DNA of 63,810 bases, filler included, from Choristocarpus tenellus KU-1152 (Eukaryota > Protista > Phaeophyceae), in assembly GCA_964200185.2 (NCBI GenBank). It is 4 parts of 4 records of this genome, joined end to end, with 100 filler letters (N's around TTAATTAATTAA, not from the genome) between each part and the next. Parts side by side here need not be neighbours in the genome. Positions count along the whole stretch, not along the records: positions 1 to 4,381 come from CAXNAD020014818.1; positions 4,482 to 16,740 come from CAXNAD020001906.1; 2 more parts are not named here. The stretch is one strand, 5' to 3'. Each line of letters begins with the position of its first letter. The stretch's first letter is position 1. The notes under the pieces were generated by a model. The model was not told where the DNA came from and ran no database searches. It worked only from the letters and a program-made list of their open reading frames with translations. Shown in pieces: positions 1 through 13,537 of the stretch. A program made the translations under genes and the position numbers.

Positions 1-223
1 GGGCCAATATCCAATGTTGTGATTTCATTGTAATTTTGGCTATCGTGATTGTTAAGAAGTGTCAATATCCTTGTTCTGGACACACCGTTTCATAACGTAT
101 AAATTTTACCTACTCCGAAATATTTTGGAGTAGGAAGATGTCATTCATAAAAAACCCTGAGGGAAGCCAAGCCCCAAATGGACAAACAGGGCAAAACTCG
201 TACCCTCTAAGATACTTTCACTC
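1..223 (+). mobile_element. MITE family A, partial copy (left TIR missing)
   Basis: Closely similar to 8205-8416; ends in the TIR TACCCTCTAAGATACTTTCACTC. Confidence 0.8.
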
Positions 224-2002
224 AATATTATTCTCTTGCATCAACAGATCGTTTCTTACATGATCTTCATTCATGAAAAAAAATGAAAACATTTACACCA
301 CCTGATGCCTCCTCCCGTGAGTACTGATTAAGTTCTTGTATTAGGACCTGAGAGGTCTTCACCTTTCTAGGACAGTCTTGCCCTCTCCCTAATGACCGTC
401 TTGCTTTCTTTTGTAGGTGTTGCACCTCTCGCTGCTATATTCCGAAGAGTATGTCCTCAGTTGCAGATGTAGATATCGTTGGCACAGTAGAATCAGATTC
501 ATTTGCACGTGATGTGGCCGCAGAATCTTCCTCATCTTCCTTATTTTCATCAAGAAATCCTCTTTGTGCTCTAGAACAGCAACAGGTTTGCTTTTTTGCC
601 AAGAAGGTCCTTCAAAGCACGAGTCTAGACTGCAGTCTTTGATGTGGGAGTCAAGAAAGGGTTGCCCTTGCTCTTTATCAGTACTGGCCTGGTCAAGCTT
701 CTGTGCCTTCACATCCTCAAGGAGAACCTTGATTAACGTTTGTGAAGTCATTATGACCTCTCCCACTCTGTTGCTTCACAAAGTTTGGAAGATATAAATG
801 AAACCATTCATCAAAAAAATGATTCTGCCCTTGCCGTAGAGGCACTCCCTGATTTTCTTCTGGGTGCTTCTCAAATTATGTCATTATATATCACGTTGGA
901 GAAGGAGAAGGAGATTTTTAAACCCACAGATGGATCCAAACCTGTAAGCAAGCAAAACAAAAGGGAGAATGGGTGAGGTTTAGGGAAAGGCTTAGGAGAA
1001 TGGGGCAGGAAAAAAAATACATAACCCTCTTATTCCATTGGGGTAGGGGTGGGATAGATAGTATATCATGCATGCCATGGGCTGCAACCTATGTTCATGT
1101 TTCATTCAAAAATATGAAGATGAAACTGTAGAGTAGACTACACTAGTTGTAAAGGCTGTATATACGAAACAATAAAAAATTAAGATAGACAATGTTAGCG
1201 TATGCAGAGTATCGAAAGATAAAGGTGCAAGATAAGACAGTAGAGAAGCATGAAGTATTGCTATGATGTATATGGAGCTAACTAGGATTGCCATGAAAAA
1301 TACAAATCGAAAACCATGACAAAAGGAGAAGATTTTTCATGAAGTGGTCCAGTAGCTTCACCCTCTGCGGCAATCTTGATTTTCTTCATTGTATCGCCAC
1401 AAGGGCTATACTATACATATATTAAATGAAAGCATATGACAAGACCTTTTGAAGGCTTTTATCCATGAATGTCCAGGCTTCGAGGAATGGGAGGTATGTC
1501 ACTACCAAAAAATGGAAAAAAACGCGGGGGAACATCTCCGGTGCAATTTTGAAGACCACGACTTCCAACTGGACAAAAATGAAGTGGTTGGCTGAACTCC
1601 TTCCAAAATCATGGTCTAGGGTACGTCGCTGCCCATGTTTGTCCAGTGTGGCAATACCGAAAAAAAAACTCAAGATTTCCGGACATATTTCTAACGCCTT
1701 TTGCAGACTTTCTATGAGCGCACACACTCGTGACGCACACAGCAACATGAACCACGACGGTGAGACAAGGAGAGCCGCCGAGGCTACTCTGCCCCCTGGA
1801 TCTACCCTCGGCACCTTCTCTGTTGAGAGGCGGCGGAAAAGCAAGCACCGTGTGACACTCAGTGCCATGTTAGGTGACGAGAAAGTACGAGTAGTGTCGC
1901 GCAGCAGCATGATCAAATCGCGCAATGGATCACGGGATCGCGACACTGACACTGAGAGAAGATGCATGGAAAGCATAAGCACACAAAAGTGGTTGGATCT
2001 TC

Positions 2003-2250
2003 TGTTCGTAGATAGTGCTGCTAGTATACGTAGGCACCACCGGTGGATTAGATAATAGGATGGAGAGCCAGTGACAGATATATTATATATACTGACTCAT
2101 AGTGTTGATTGGTTATTATATCATATTCAAGATACACTTCCTATACTTAAGACAAGTAAAGGAGTTATTCATAGTATATTAGTGTGGACGATTGATTACC
2201 AACCCCACACTGTAGAACAGTAATGGTTGTTTAGGCTCGTCTCACCCACA
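2003..2250 (+). mobile_element. Probable solo LTR
   Basis: TG...CA ends (TGTTCGTAGATAGTGCTGCT...GTCTCACCCACA); flanked by TCTTC/TATTC (4/5-matching 5-bp TSD); diverged paralog at 4049-4274. Confidence 0.55.
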
Positions 2251-3544
2251 TATTCAGTCAGCGGAATCGAGACCATAAAGACGCTTGAAATATCATCTTT
2301 GTTCATCTACATTAAGCTGTTCTTTGTCCTTCTTTAAAGCACCATAAAAGTCGTGGGTCCAGTGTGGGATAGTTCAACATCTCCAACCACGCCAGAGCAC
2401 TGCTCTGCAGTCTCTGCCGCCTTGGGGAAGCAGGAAGAGAACGACGAGTCCATCACCAGGTGGTACGGTGGCGAAGTCTGTGGGGAACCCTGGTCACGAC
2501 GGGTGAAGGGAGAACCAGGGTGGCCACCCGAAGGGAAGGTTGGGAAAGAGAGCAATACAACTCCATGCCATTGCGCTCAGGAAACGCCTAAGCAAAAACC
2601 GGGGTGTAGAATATCTTAGTAGTCGACAGTTGCAGCAGGCCCTAGTTGTTTGGAAGCTATGCAAGCCGGAGTGGCTTAAGGAAATGAGAAAGAAGGTGTT
2701 GGGTTTGGGCTACAAGGGCTGTGAAGCCCGAAAGAAGATCGAAAGGACTCGCAAGGCAGAGGAGAAAGCGATCGTAACAAAGGCAGCTGTGGAGACTTTT
2801 CGATACCACCAAACCCTTTACTTAGAAGATGTCGCGAAGCAGGTGGAGGTAGCCATCGACGAGGTCGCCAAGGAAGAAGAGGAGGTGAGATTGAGACTAT
2901 TTATACACCAATGCTTTGGTGTCTCCCACTTCTTGCAAGATGTTGTACGTTCACTTTTGTTCCTGGACTTAGGGCTGGATGTATAAAGTTGACTAAGACT
3001 TTCTCCCAGCCTGCATTCATCAAGAAATCAATACAATTTTCGATCAACTCAAGCCTGTCCTCCCTCGCCCTTGCGCCTTGGATAAAACATCACCAGCAGG
3101 AAACACGGACGACGCCCATTTCCGGTGCTCAACGAGGAAATGTGATAATAAAGACTCTAACACCACGAATTCTGTACCTGTGTATGAAGGACAGGAAAGA
3201 CCTTCAAACGGCGCTCGAGATGGCAGCAGGATATGTGATGGTCAGGTCGAAAACTGTGAGTAAATAGGAGAGAGACTTCCTAACTAAGGGCCACATCAAG
3301 GTGCCGGAGCAAGGGCACTACGAAAGGCATTTCGTTCTGGGCATTGACGAGGACATCCTTGCCATCGTCAAAGGGTAGGTGCGCACACACACAGGAAGAA
3401 AGGATGGGGAGGCTTTTTCTTTGTGTAAAAAACCTATTCTTCAATCAAGTAATAGTGCATCTGTTCCAACTCTTGATGACCTACAATCCAGGGTTCGAAC
3501 CCCAATATGAGGGCTCTTCAAAAAAGAAAAAAATGGCGAAAAAA

Positions 3545-3847
3545 CGCACAAAGACCGTACTCTAGAAAGGTCTTGTGTCGGGCATCACGACTATGCTTTT
3601 ATTTTTTTAGTTCAACGTCTACATCAAAAGTTATGACGGGACAACTGCAGAGGGCGAAGGCACTGGTAACACTATAGAAGTTTTACATGCCGACACAAGA
3701 CACGAAGACCGTGCTCTAAAAAGGCCTTGTGACGGGCATCACGAATATGCTTTTATTTTTTTAATCCATGTCTGCATCAAAAGTTATGATGGGACAACCC
3801 CAGAGGGCGAAGGTACTGGTACCACTATAGAAAGTTTTACATGCCGA
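3545..3847. repeat. Tandem duplication, ~154 bp x2
   Basis: AAGACCGT.CTCTA...CATCAAAAGTTATGA.GGGACAAC...GTTTTACATGCCGA occurs twice. Confidence 0.85.
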
Positions 3848-4048
3848 TTAATGGAAATATCTCATCATTGGCACATCAACAGTATAGATGCAGTTATCGT
3901 TGTAGTTTGTGCAACACTAAAACTTGCGGTAAGACAAGACAAAATACAAACTATTCGACCATATCAACAAATGAGTGCACTTCTACATCTTTATACCCAC
4001 AGATAGTGTACTCACTCACTGGGTGTCATTGAGTATCCAGCTTGGAGA

Positions 4049-4274
4049 TGTTCGTGGATAGTGCTGCTGATACACTATGTACACCACCAGTGGAGGAAAG
4101 GTAGAGCCAGATATATGTTTCCATATATTTCAATTGAGATCCATCCAACGTTCATGTATTGTAGGGACCTAATATTAGATTGTCAGTTGGTATATCATAC
4201 ATAGTATTCTTTTCTGATTATCCATGTGGACGTTGTAAATCCCACATGGTAGTCTGCACCTGTCTCACCCCACA
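4049..4274 (+). mobile_element. Probable solo LTR, same family as 2003-2250
   Basis: TGTTCGTGGATAGTGCTGCT...CACCACCAGTGGA...TGTGGACG...GTCTCACCCCACA; no clear TSD. Confidence 0.5.
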
Positions 4275-4278
4275 AGTT

Positions 4279-4381
4279 GACCCAAAGTATCTGGAGGGAG
4301 GGAGGGGGGGGTCTACACCAGGGTGTCCATTTGGGTCAAAATCAGGAAAAGTGTATTCACATTATCCATCCGACGTATGCA
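4279..4381 (+). mobile_element. MITE family B, cut by contig end
   Basis: GACCCAAAGTATCTGG...GTCTACACCAGGGTGTCCATTTGG matches 7826-7999 and 9763-9951. Confidence 0.75.
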
Positions 4382-4481
4382 NNNNNNNNNNNNNNNNNNN
4401 NNNNNNNNNNNNNNNNNNNNNNNNNTTAATTAATTAANNNNNNNNNNNNNNNNNNNNNNNNNNNNNNNNNNNNNNNNNNNN
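4382..4481. other. Artificial contig-joining spacer
   Basis: N-run with TTAATTAATTAA (stop codons in all six frames); identical at three positions. Confidence 0.97.
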
Positions 4482-4646
4482 AAGTGAAGGTCCCAATGTA
4501 TCACACCAATGTAGTTGGAAGTGAAGGTCCCAATGTATCACACCAATGTAGTTGGAAGTGAAGGTCCCAATGTATCACACCAATGTAGTTGGAAGTGAAG
4601 GTCCCAATGTATCACACCAATGTAGTTGGAAGTGAAGGTCCCAATA
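4482..4646. repeat. 37-bp perfect tandem repeat, about 4.5 copies
   Basis: Unit AAGTGAAGGTCCCAATGTATCACACCAATGTAGTTGG, no spacers, at contig start. Confidence 0.95.
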
Positions 4647-6453
4647 TCACCACCGCCCTGGCAAGATAGAGAGGTGCATTGGGGGCATACTCTTGGATGG
4701 AAATTTGGTTGTCAAAAATGATTGTGTGGTATTGCTCTGGGCACATCACAGAATTGTGTATTTTATTTATTTATTTATTTAGGAGGACCGCACACTCATG
4801 AGACCTACCACTACCTTTTTAAATACTAGGTACGATTTGCATTGAAACCTTTTTTTTCTTTTTTTTCAAGTGTGACGTGATAGCCCTACACCACTGTGTA
4901 GCCTGGTTTGATTATATTTATATATATATATATATATATTTATTTATTTTTTATTGTCTCGCCTGGTTTGTATCTGTTGTGACAGGGTCATGCTAACAAC
5001 CTCAAGGCTCTAATAAAGCACATAGAGGACCTCCCGCATGATATGGCGGTCAGCCTAGCCATTCCAAGGGCGAGACCCATTGTTTACTTGCTTGACAAGG
5101 ACCTAAGACCCCTGGCATCAGAGAAGGCACCCTGGCCTCTGAGAGGAGAACTCATCCAAGGGTGGAGGCCAGATGGAGACACCAAGGAAGGAGGGCTGGA
5201 AAAGGGGCTTGGGGGGTGGCAGCTTGAGCAGGGGGATGAAGTTAATGCCTTCTAGGAACATATTTATAATGGCATCTTATTCAATGGACGGAGGCTGCTG
5301 TTGTATAGATCCAAGTGGTGCACTCTGCTCTTTTGGTCAAATTATTTATTATTTATTATTTGCTCGGTGTTTGATGCTCATCAGTTGCAGTCCAATCGAA
5401 ATTCTTAAAGGTGTACCCTCTTTGTGATTAGAAAAAAAATCTGTAACTTGTCTTGCCTAAAAATAGAATCACAAACCCCTGACAAGATCATCAATGTATG
5501 ATACCTCGATAGGGAATATTCTTGTCAATATACTTCCTCCAACACATGTAAAAGATGTAACCAAACCATAAGTTTCACAGGCAATGTGTCTTATATTGAC
5601 TGTTTCATAAACGTCATGATGACTTTGAACTCCTAGATTTTGTGTGTTGTACTTATTGATTATTTATTTATTAGTAATTGTGAGGTCACACATTTTGTAA
5701 GGAATAGTTCGGTCCTCTTTATACCTCTTTGAAACCAATAAAATGAGTAATTTGAGTGAGAGATCCAGCGTATTTGACAAACAGATCCTTTTTGGTACCT
5801 TCCATGAGCTTCATCATCCACATGCAGCCTTTTGGATTGGAGCTACACATCCCATTATGGTAACCTTGTGAAGTGCTTTGTAACAAAAGGAGGCAGGGTC
5901 ACAGAATCGTGTAAGTCTACCTCCATAAGTTGAACTGTACCTATCGCCTTAGAATTTAAAAAAAAGAAAGAACCAATCCTGGGTGGCAAGTAATGGACTT
6001 CGATGTATCCTGGTAATTGGGAGGTTTCACTGGAAGAGCAACGTAATTGGTATCTGAAGGGCATCACGTACCACATTCTTAGTCCAAGGCACGCCCTCAA
6101 ATCTCTCTTGTAATCTATGTGCAAGACATTTTAAAGAAATTTTGTATGACAAGGGTAATTCTATCTTCGAACTGATTCTGTCCCATGCATTGCTGCTTGA
6201 CATGGAAGTTCAAGATGTAACCTTCTCCATTGGAAAGTGTTTTACTCAAGAATATATATATATATATATTTAGTAACGCTGAGAAAAACAAAATTGACGT
6301 CAAACAGAACAACCACAGACCAAGGCATTAATAAAAAGAAAAAACGCTTGAAATATCTAATTTCCTCCTGCCAACTGCCTAATAGACGATGATGATGGAG
6401 AGACCGCTTGTCTACTCCACAATCACTCCACTCTAATCTACTACAGTGGTGAA

Positions 6454-6708
6454 GACCCAAAGCATTTGAGAGGGTAGGGTTTTTGCTCTGTCCGTTCAGG
6501 CCTTGGCTTCCGATGGGTTTTTCATTCACTTAGTCGGTTTTCGAAACATTCTGGAGTAGGGAAGATGTGTGTGGCTATGAAAGGTGTGTCCGGAGCAAGG
6601 ATATGGACACTTGCTAACAAAGACGATAGCATAAATTACATCAAAATCGCAACATTGGATTTTGAACCCCAAACGGACATGTCCCTACCATCTTAAATGC
6701 TTTGACTC
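6454..6708 (-). mobile_element. MITE family A, diverged inverted copy
   Basis: Reverse complement of 8162-8416; TIRs GACCCAAAGCATTTGAGAGGGTA / TACCATCTTAAATGCTTTGACTC. Confidence 0.75.
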
Positions 6709-7825
6709 TGAAGGCTATTGATATTGTACTTGTTAAAGAAATTGGTGTTCCCAAGACTTGCGTATGTAAATAACTCGATTAATTCCTTATTGTCCAAAAC
6801 AGGTTGTACATGAAGTAAGGAAGGTGTAAGGAAAGAGAGAGTGAACTTCAAATCTCAAAGGGGATTGTCACCTTACCATTCATATTCTAATAACACGTCA
6901 CTCATTCTCTGTGTCACTTGCTACAACCTTCATACGTCACTCACTTAACACGTAACTCATTCTCTGTGTTGTACTATAATAACCCAGATAGTATTCTCAC
7001 GACTACTCAACAGAAAACTTTCCTATCAATTATCCCGTTATCGAATCATAATAGTTCAACAACTCAATGTTTCTCCTACAGAATAATATTTACACATGAA
7101 TAAAAAGCATATTCTTAACAGTACTATATTTCAGTCACTCTCTCTCTGAGTGTTTGTGCTGAAAAATGAGTGAATAGCAGGTACTCTTTGTTTTAGCGAT
7201 TTCATCTACACTATCTTAGCGACTTGAATCTAGGCGTCACGGTAACAATTTTTCTAGAATTGAAAGGTCCTTTCTCTGGTATGTATTTTCCTACCACAGC
7301 ATATCTAACCCTAACCCTAACCTCCTATTCTACCTTGTCCCGATCAATCTCGTTGTATCCCTTATTTACACAAGTCACCTGCTTCTGCTCACCAGCATGT
7401 TACTGGGTGTCTGATGAGTGGGATCACCTTTGCTTCTTCTATGATGAAGTATTGTATGGATGAATCACCCGCTGACTCCCTACTACCAATTTGGGTTGCT
7501 TGCTTCGTTATGTTATCAAGTACTAATTACTATTAATGGTAGAATTAATGTGAAATGCTCAAAAAAGCACAGATGCACATCACATCAAAAGCTGAATTCG
7601 AAATTAAACACAATGGTTTCACGCTCACTCCTCCCCCCAATATTATCAAGTCGTTATCTCTCACTCCCTGGCACTTCTTATCTTTATCATACACTGTTTA
7701 CTACTACCTCCTAGTGTCGCATAATATTAGTGAATATAAAATAAGATCTTGAGAGGAATATTCCTATTGTGACATTTGCAATACCGTCCAGTAAGCGGTC
7801 ACCATCCTCTTTCCTTTCGCTTTCA

Positions 7826-7999
7826 GGCCCAAAAATATCTGGGGGGGGGGGTCTACAACAGAGTGCCCATTTGGTCCAAACCAGGAAAAGTGCACTTTCA
7901 TTATCCATCCAACGCATGGAACCAAATCACCCAGAAATCGCAACATGAAAAAATTGGCCCCAAATGGACAGTCGCCACCCCTCCTAGATACTTTGAGCC
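7826..7999 (+). mobile_element. MITE family B (Tourist/PIF-Harbinger-like)
   Basis: TIRs GGCCCAAAAATATCTGGGG / CCTAGATACTTTGAGCC; TCA 3-bp TSD on both sides. Confidence 0.85.
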
Positions 8000-8161
8000 T
8001 CAGGACATCATCATTAACAAAAGGACATTCCTTTCCCCGTGCTCTGTAACCTCACCTTGTTGCTCTGACAGCACCAACTATTGACACTCTGGACAAAGCC
8101 CAGATATCACAAACCCATGCTGACTGGATACCTATCCCTCCTTACGAGGACACACTGCTGA

Positions 8162-8416
8162 GAGCTAAAGTATCTTAGAGGGTAGAGCCGCATCCATTTG
8201 GGGGTCCAATGTTGCGATTTTGATGTAATTTTGGCTATCGTGTTTGTTGTTAGGAAGTGTCGATATCCATGTTCCGGACACACCTTTTCGTAACGTATAC
8301 ATTTTACCTACTCAAAATATCTTGGAGTAGGAAAATGTCATAAAAAATCCCATGGGAAGCCAAGCCCCAAATGGACAAAGAGGGCAAAACTCATACCCTC
8401 TAAGATACTTTCACTC
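8162..8416 (+). mobile_element. MITE family A, full copy
   Basis: TIRs GAGCTAAAGTATCTTAGAGGGTA / TACCCTCTAAGATACTTTCACTC; flanked by TGA and TAA. Confidence 0.85.
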
Positions 8417-9762
8417 TAAGTTTATTTGTCTCTAGGTGTGCGGGCTGCGATGACCGACTTCCGCGTAGAGTATAACTGTTCCAAATCGTTCCCATTTTGT
8501 CTCCTGGAGGAGAGGAATGTGACGATCAACCATCTGTCTTTTCATACCATTCTACTACTAATTCTCTATTAATAGTATTACTTCGAAGAAAAAAAATCAA
8601 CACCAATAATACATACTCTTCAACAGTACTCCAAAGTGTTATCTATTGAACATAGAGTGAATATCGGCCGTACAGTCTCTTCTATCTTCCCTCTCTTCTC
8701 CTCTACGATGAAAGTGAGCAGTGACTACATCCACGGATACACGCCATCACCGTCTTGATGATCATTACGCGCGTGTCCCAATAATTGTTTTTTCGTTTCT
8801 CTCAACAACAGGGCTGCTGCTGTTCGGGATCCCCCCCTTCTCGAGGAAATATTACATGGTGGTGATGGCCTCATTACTAAGTCTGTGTATCATTGCTGTT
8901 TCAAGCATAGAATAAGAGTATGTTCTTATGTATTGTTTAGGAGTATTTATATATATATGTATGATGTTTTTGGATACTGCACATGTTTTTATGTATTACA
9001 CAAATGTATATAGATAATCCTAATTCCCTCATATTCCCTCACGCGAGTTGCTGGCTCCGCCTTGGAGCATTTTGAGCTAGTTATTTCCCGCATCTATACA
9101 TACTGGTGGAGGTATCAACCATACAAGTATATGCACTTCGAAATATTTGTAGTGAAAAAGTGTTGTTTCAATGTCTTAGCTTTCCCCAAGTCGATTTCCT
9201 TTTTTGTAAAGATGTAAGGTGTTTCTCGGGGTTTTAAACTAGGATTCGGGTCAGGGTTAGGGTCACTACCACTGTGGCGACTGTTGTTGTTGTACGTATT
9301 CACTTGACACAGGTAAATTCTTGGAGAGTGGTATAATAGGTGAGCACCATGGAGACCGCTCCTCACTCATAGGCGACGTGCATCATGTTGGGCACTACTA
9401 GCCTCTTGATTTCTATGCTTCAGTAAAAATATTTATGGTTCTCAGTATAATATATATGATCCAAGGCTGCCCTGACTTGAAAATCAACATAATTTCTTTT
9501 TTAAAGGTTAGTGTTTAAAGAGAAGAGAACGTAAAAAACACAACCTATTATCCTACGTCTTACATATTATGTAGCTATATATATGTATTAAAAATCTTAG
9601 GAACATGGTGGTTATTGTGGCATTTATTTGGATGTAAAATAATAGCACATCAGAAAATATTAGAGGACATAATATTAAAATATCATATCGCAACCAACCG
9701 AAAAAAGTACGAAGAAGTCTACTGGAGATTACTTATATTCCCGCCTATATCTTCAAAAGTCT

Positions 9763-9951
9763 GGCTCAAAAAAGTATCTGACGGGGGGTGGCGGCTGTCC
9801 ATTTATTTGGGGTCAACTTTTTCATGTTGCGGTTTTTGGGTGATTTGGTTGCATACTACGTCGAATGGATAATTTAAATGCACTTTTCCTGATTTTAACC
9901 CAAATGGACACCCTGGTGTAGACCATCCCCACCCCCTAGATATTTTGGGTC
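9763..9951 (-). mobile_element. MITE family B, inverted copy
   Basis: Reverse complement of 7826-7999; TCT 3-bp TSD on both sides. Confidence 0.85.
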
Positions 9952-10659
9952 TCTACTGGAGACTATTCATATTTCCGCCTATATCTGAATCTTGATGGGA
10001 AAAGGTACGTATGTGGACGTTCTATATGATACACGTCTTGTAGTCCTTTTGTTGGAAGGGACTCAGTAAGGACATGCAGGGATTGTACAGTCACAGCCAT
10101 TCTATCTACTGTTACAATTGGAGTTTTGGTCAATGTATTACGACCTTTGGCAGAGTCCTTGCCTGGTCTGTTTCCTCCACGTATGTGATGGTTACTGCCC
10201 CGAACACTCATATTATCTTCCCCTTGTGGAACACTGCCAGGTCCTACTTTCAGAAAAAAAAAGGAGGAAGAAGAACAAAACCTGTCTCACACCCACCCAG
10301 TCCATCCAATCTGAAGACAAACTGTCTCACAACTCATCATCACAAGCACAAAAAAAAAAGAATCACAAAAAGAATCAATGGAAAAGGATGGTGAGTGTGC
10401 ACAGAACCAGAGTTTTTGACTGTTTTGCATATTAACCCAGTTCTTCGATCTCATGCAATTCACCCATATTTCTATTAATGAAGTGCTAGGTTTGACTTGA
10501 GAGCATTGATTTCTCCATTCTTGAGACTATTAGACAGAATTCAGAAGATATTTTATACACATAGGTAAAAAAAAAAATCTTTGTTAGCATCCATAAATAC
10601 AACCAGGTACCTCTCACTTACTTCGATTCGCATCCCCTAATCTGCTGATTAGCATAGCA

Positions 10660-11180
10660 TACATCAGCTACTACCTGTTGTCAATGAAACTTGGTTCCAT
10701 CGACCACATACCTATACCACTTGTCTGTGTTGATCCATTGCTCTTGTATTTCATCTATCAACCAACCGTGATCCCAAACTGGTCATGGTCGTCCCGCATA
10801 CATATTCACCGGTTCTTCTGTTGCCTACCTTCTTGGATTTCATCTGCGCGTTCCCCTACCATTGAACACTTTGGGGAGTCGCTCATACCTCATGCGTTCA
10901 ATTTATTGGCTTTGCAAACTAGAGCTTGACCGCCCTGATACTGTCACACCTGGTCTTCACAAGGACACCTTTGTATGATAGTGTGTGATTAGTGTGGTTC
11001 CGTTCAATTTAGCGTACTAGAAGGAACTTGCGATGTAAGCGAATGTGCACAGAGAGGACATGGCGGAATGTCCAAGCCACATACCCATATGACAAAGCCC
11101 CAACTAATTCGACCAATTCGAACTTTAACATGCTCAAGTGATAAGCCTGTGGTTCTGTCGTAAAGCACTACGTTGTATTT
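10660..11180 (-). mobile_element. Degenerate RTE-type LINE, ORF2 3' part
   Basis: Interrupted translation gives ALSYGYVAWT...HRKFLL...NHTLSYKGVLVKTRCDSI...RMRYERLPK...KWYRYVVDG, typical of the RT C-terminal region of algal RTE LINEs; contains stops and frameshifts. Confidence 0.7.
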
Positions 11181-13310
11181 TCGAAAACAGCCTCAGACAT
11201 CATGATCCTGATGGCTGATCTCTAAAACAAAAAGTCAATTTTTAGTTTGTCTGCCTTGGCCCACTGGTTTGTGAGGACATTACCTGAATGAATTTCGCAG
11301 GCTCAAACACTATCAATATTGGACTTCTTTCAATGGAATTATGGTTGAAATTATTCAAAGTCCACATCACGAGCACTACGAATTGTTCTCCTACACTACC
11401 CTTATCTTTGACTATACCAAAAAAATGCCAGACCAGGGACAAGGTGGCAAAACTTACTTTCCAAGCGATTCCAAGCCTGGTGCAATGCAGCATTTGAGAA
11501 GGAAACGGAACAATGAGAGATGGGATGGCTGAACCTGTAACCCTCAAGAAGCAAGGCACGAACTAAGGCAGTACAATCAGTCATAGTGCAACTGCTAGAT
11601 ACGTTATTGTGCGATTTTATGCGATATGTGTGTATGTGACCACTGGTAGTCCTGGGTGGGATGTCCAGAGGAATGTCAAGATTATTACTTTTAATTGTTG
11701 ACTCTTGATAGTACAATGACTCCGACCCTAAGCCCATATTTGGAAAATCTCCGGTGTTATAGGGAGGTTGAAGACACATGGTTTCCACCTTCAATACTCA
11801 GGCACAGTTGACTGGAATGTCCTAGCCACCTTTATACTCAATTTCAGTATCCTGGTCAGAAATCCTTGGGTCTAGACATAATACCTACATCACCAGCGTA
11901 GAGCATACCCCACACTCAACACTCAAGTGCTGCTCCTCTTCCTCTCGCCCCTCCTCCTCTGACTTGGTTGTTTCTTGCGATTGCTTTAGTCAAAACAAGG
12001 TTCTTGGAGATGACCGGGTCAGGGTGTAGACTCCTTAACGGTATGCTTAGCACTGCTTTGGGAAACGTATTGGACAGGGAGGGGGCATGAACACGTCCTT
12101 GACATCGAGGTCTTTCCTGACCTCAATACCACTCCATACATTATTCATCCTCCATTTTGACGCATGCCTGTACTCCAATATGGATCTAGTGGAAAGCTGA
12201 AATCTGGTGTTGTAAATCGACAGTATTATTTTATGAGGAGTATCAAGTTGGTTCACGACTGTGCTGGATTATTATCGAAACATACATCCGCGCAGCACAC
12301 GAATCGAGGGGCGCGTTTGCGCGAAAATATCCAATCGAAAATTCCCCACAATTTTCGGGTTCGACAAATCACAATTATGTCGAATCGTATCCATTATTCA
12401 CAACATTACTTTTTCATATCTAGGTTATCATAGTTGTTCCCTGATGCTCGAATAAAAAAAATCATGTAGTACATAGATACCATCGTTGGTGAGATGGGCG
12501 GCAGAGCGGTCATTTTGTTTGGAATGAGCGCCATGCCACTGAACCTCGTCTCACCACGAGCACAAACAGCCCCTTTGACTGTTAAAAGTATCGTGGGGGA
12601 CACTCACATTGGACACTTGTATTTGTGTTGCCATTTCTTGCAAGAAGAGGGCTTGATGAGGTGATACGCAGCACCTCTATTGTTGGGTGTTGGAGGCTGG
12701 CCTTGACCTGAACTTGACACCAAAAGTAGTCCAAGTATCTCCTCTTTGTATAGTTCCTTTCAGAATACAGACGTTAGGTCCTCCATAAAAATGTTCGAAT
12801 CTACACACTCTTAGGGTAATACCACACACAATAAGTTATGAAGCATCTTCCCATATCCCTTACAGAAGTAACGTCTATCCTTCAATTGTGGGTGGTAGCA
12901 CCAAACCACGCACCAGGGCCCCATTGCCAGTTGCGTATTGCCTCATCACTCACTAACCACTGTTCAATATATTCCAATGTATTATGACTGAACTGTTACA
13001 AACCCAGCTCTAGCAAGTCCTAAAACCTGGTATGGGTGCAGATGGCAGAAGGTGCACATAAAGACAGTGCCCTGAAGATTAGCCTCACTCACAATTTTTA
13101 GAACCCCAAACCGTGGTTATTCTTTAATTTTGATTCATACGCGTGTCACTATATTTGCTCCGAGATTGAATATCGAAAAGAAAAAGCAACAATAAGAATC
13201 ATCCAAACAGTTCAACAAAAAAAATATGATAGTGGAAGTCCACGTAGGTGTTTATGAAACAGATGTATAGGACTTCCTCCCTGTAACAGACCCTGATCGG
13301 GTCCTTATTG

Positions 13311-13395
13311 TTTGGTGTTTGGTGTTTGGTGTTTGGTGTTTGGTGTTTGGTGTTTGGTGTTTGGTGTTTGGTGTTTGGTGTTTGGTGTTTGGTGT
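13311..13395. repeat. (TTTGGTG)n heptamer microsatellite
   Basis: About 12 consecutive units. Confidence 0.95.
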
Positions 13396-13537
13396 GTGTT
13401 GATGGGTGCTGGGTGCTGGGTGCTGTTTGCCAGTAGTTAGTGGTCACTGACTACGTGGCCCCTCCAACCACAACCTATCATTCCCGAGTGCCACCGATTT
13501 CTAACTCAAAGCAAAGAAAACATCAACAACAGCAAGC

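Noticed and set aside
389-976. Short acidic or charged ORFs
   Set aside because: No recognisable motif or consistent exon structure; likely decayed repeat
4482-4646. 37-bp repeats resembling a CRISPR array
   Set aside because: Units are directly contiguous with no unique spacers, there are no cas genes, and the context is eukaryotic
13199-13447. ORF with TKHQTPN repeats
   Set aside because: Translation of the (TTTGGTG)n microsatellite
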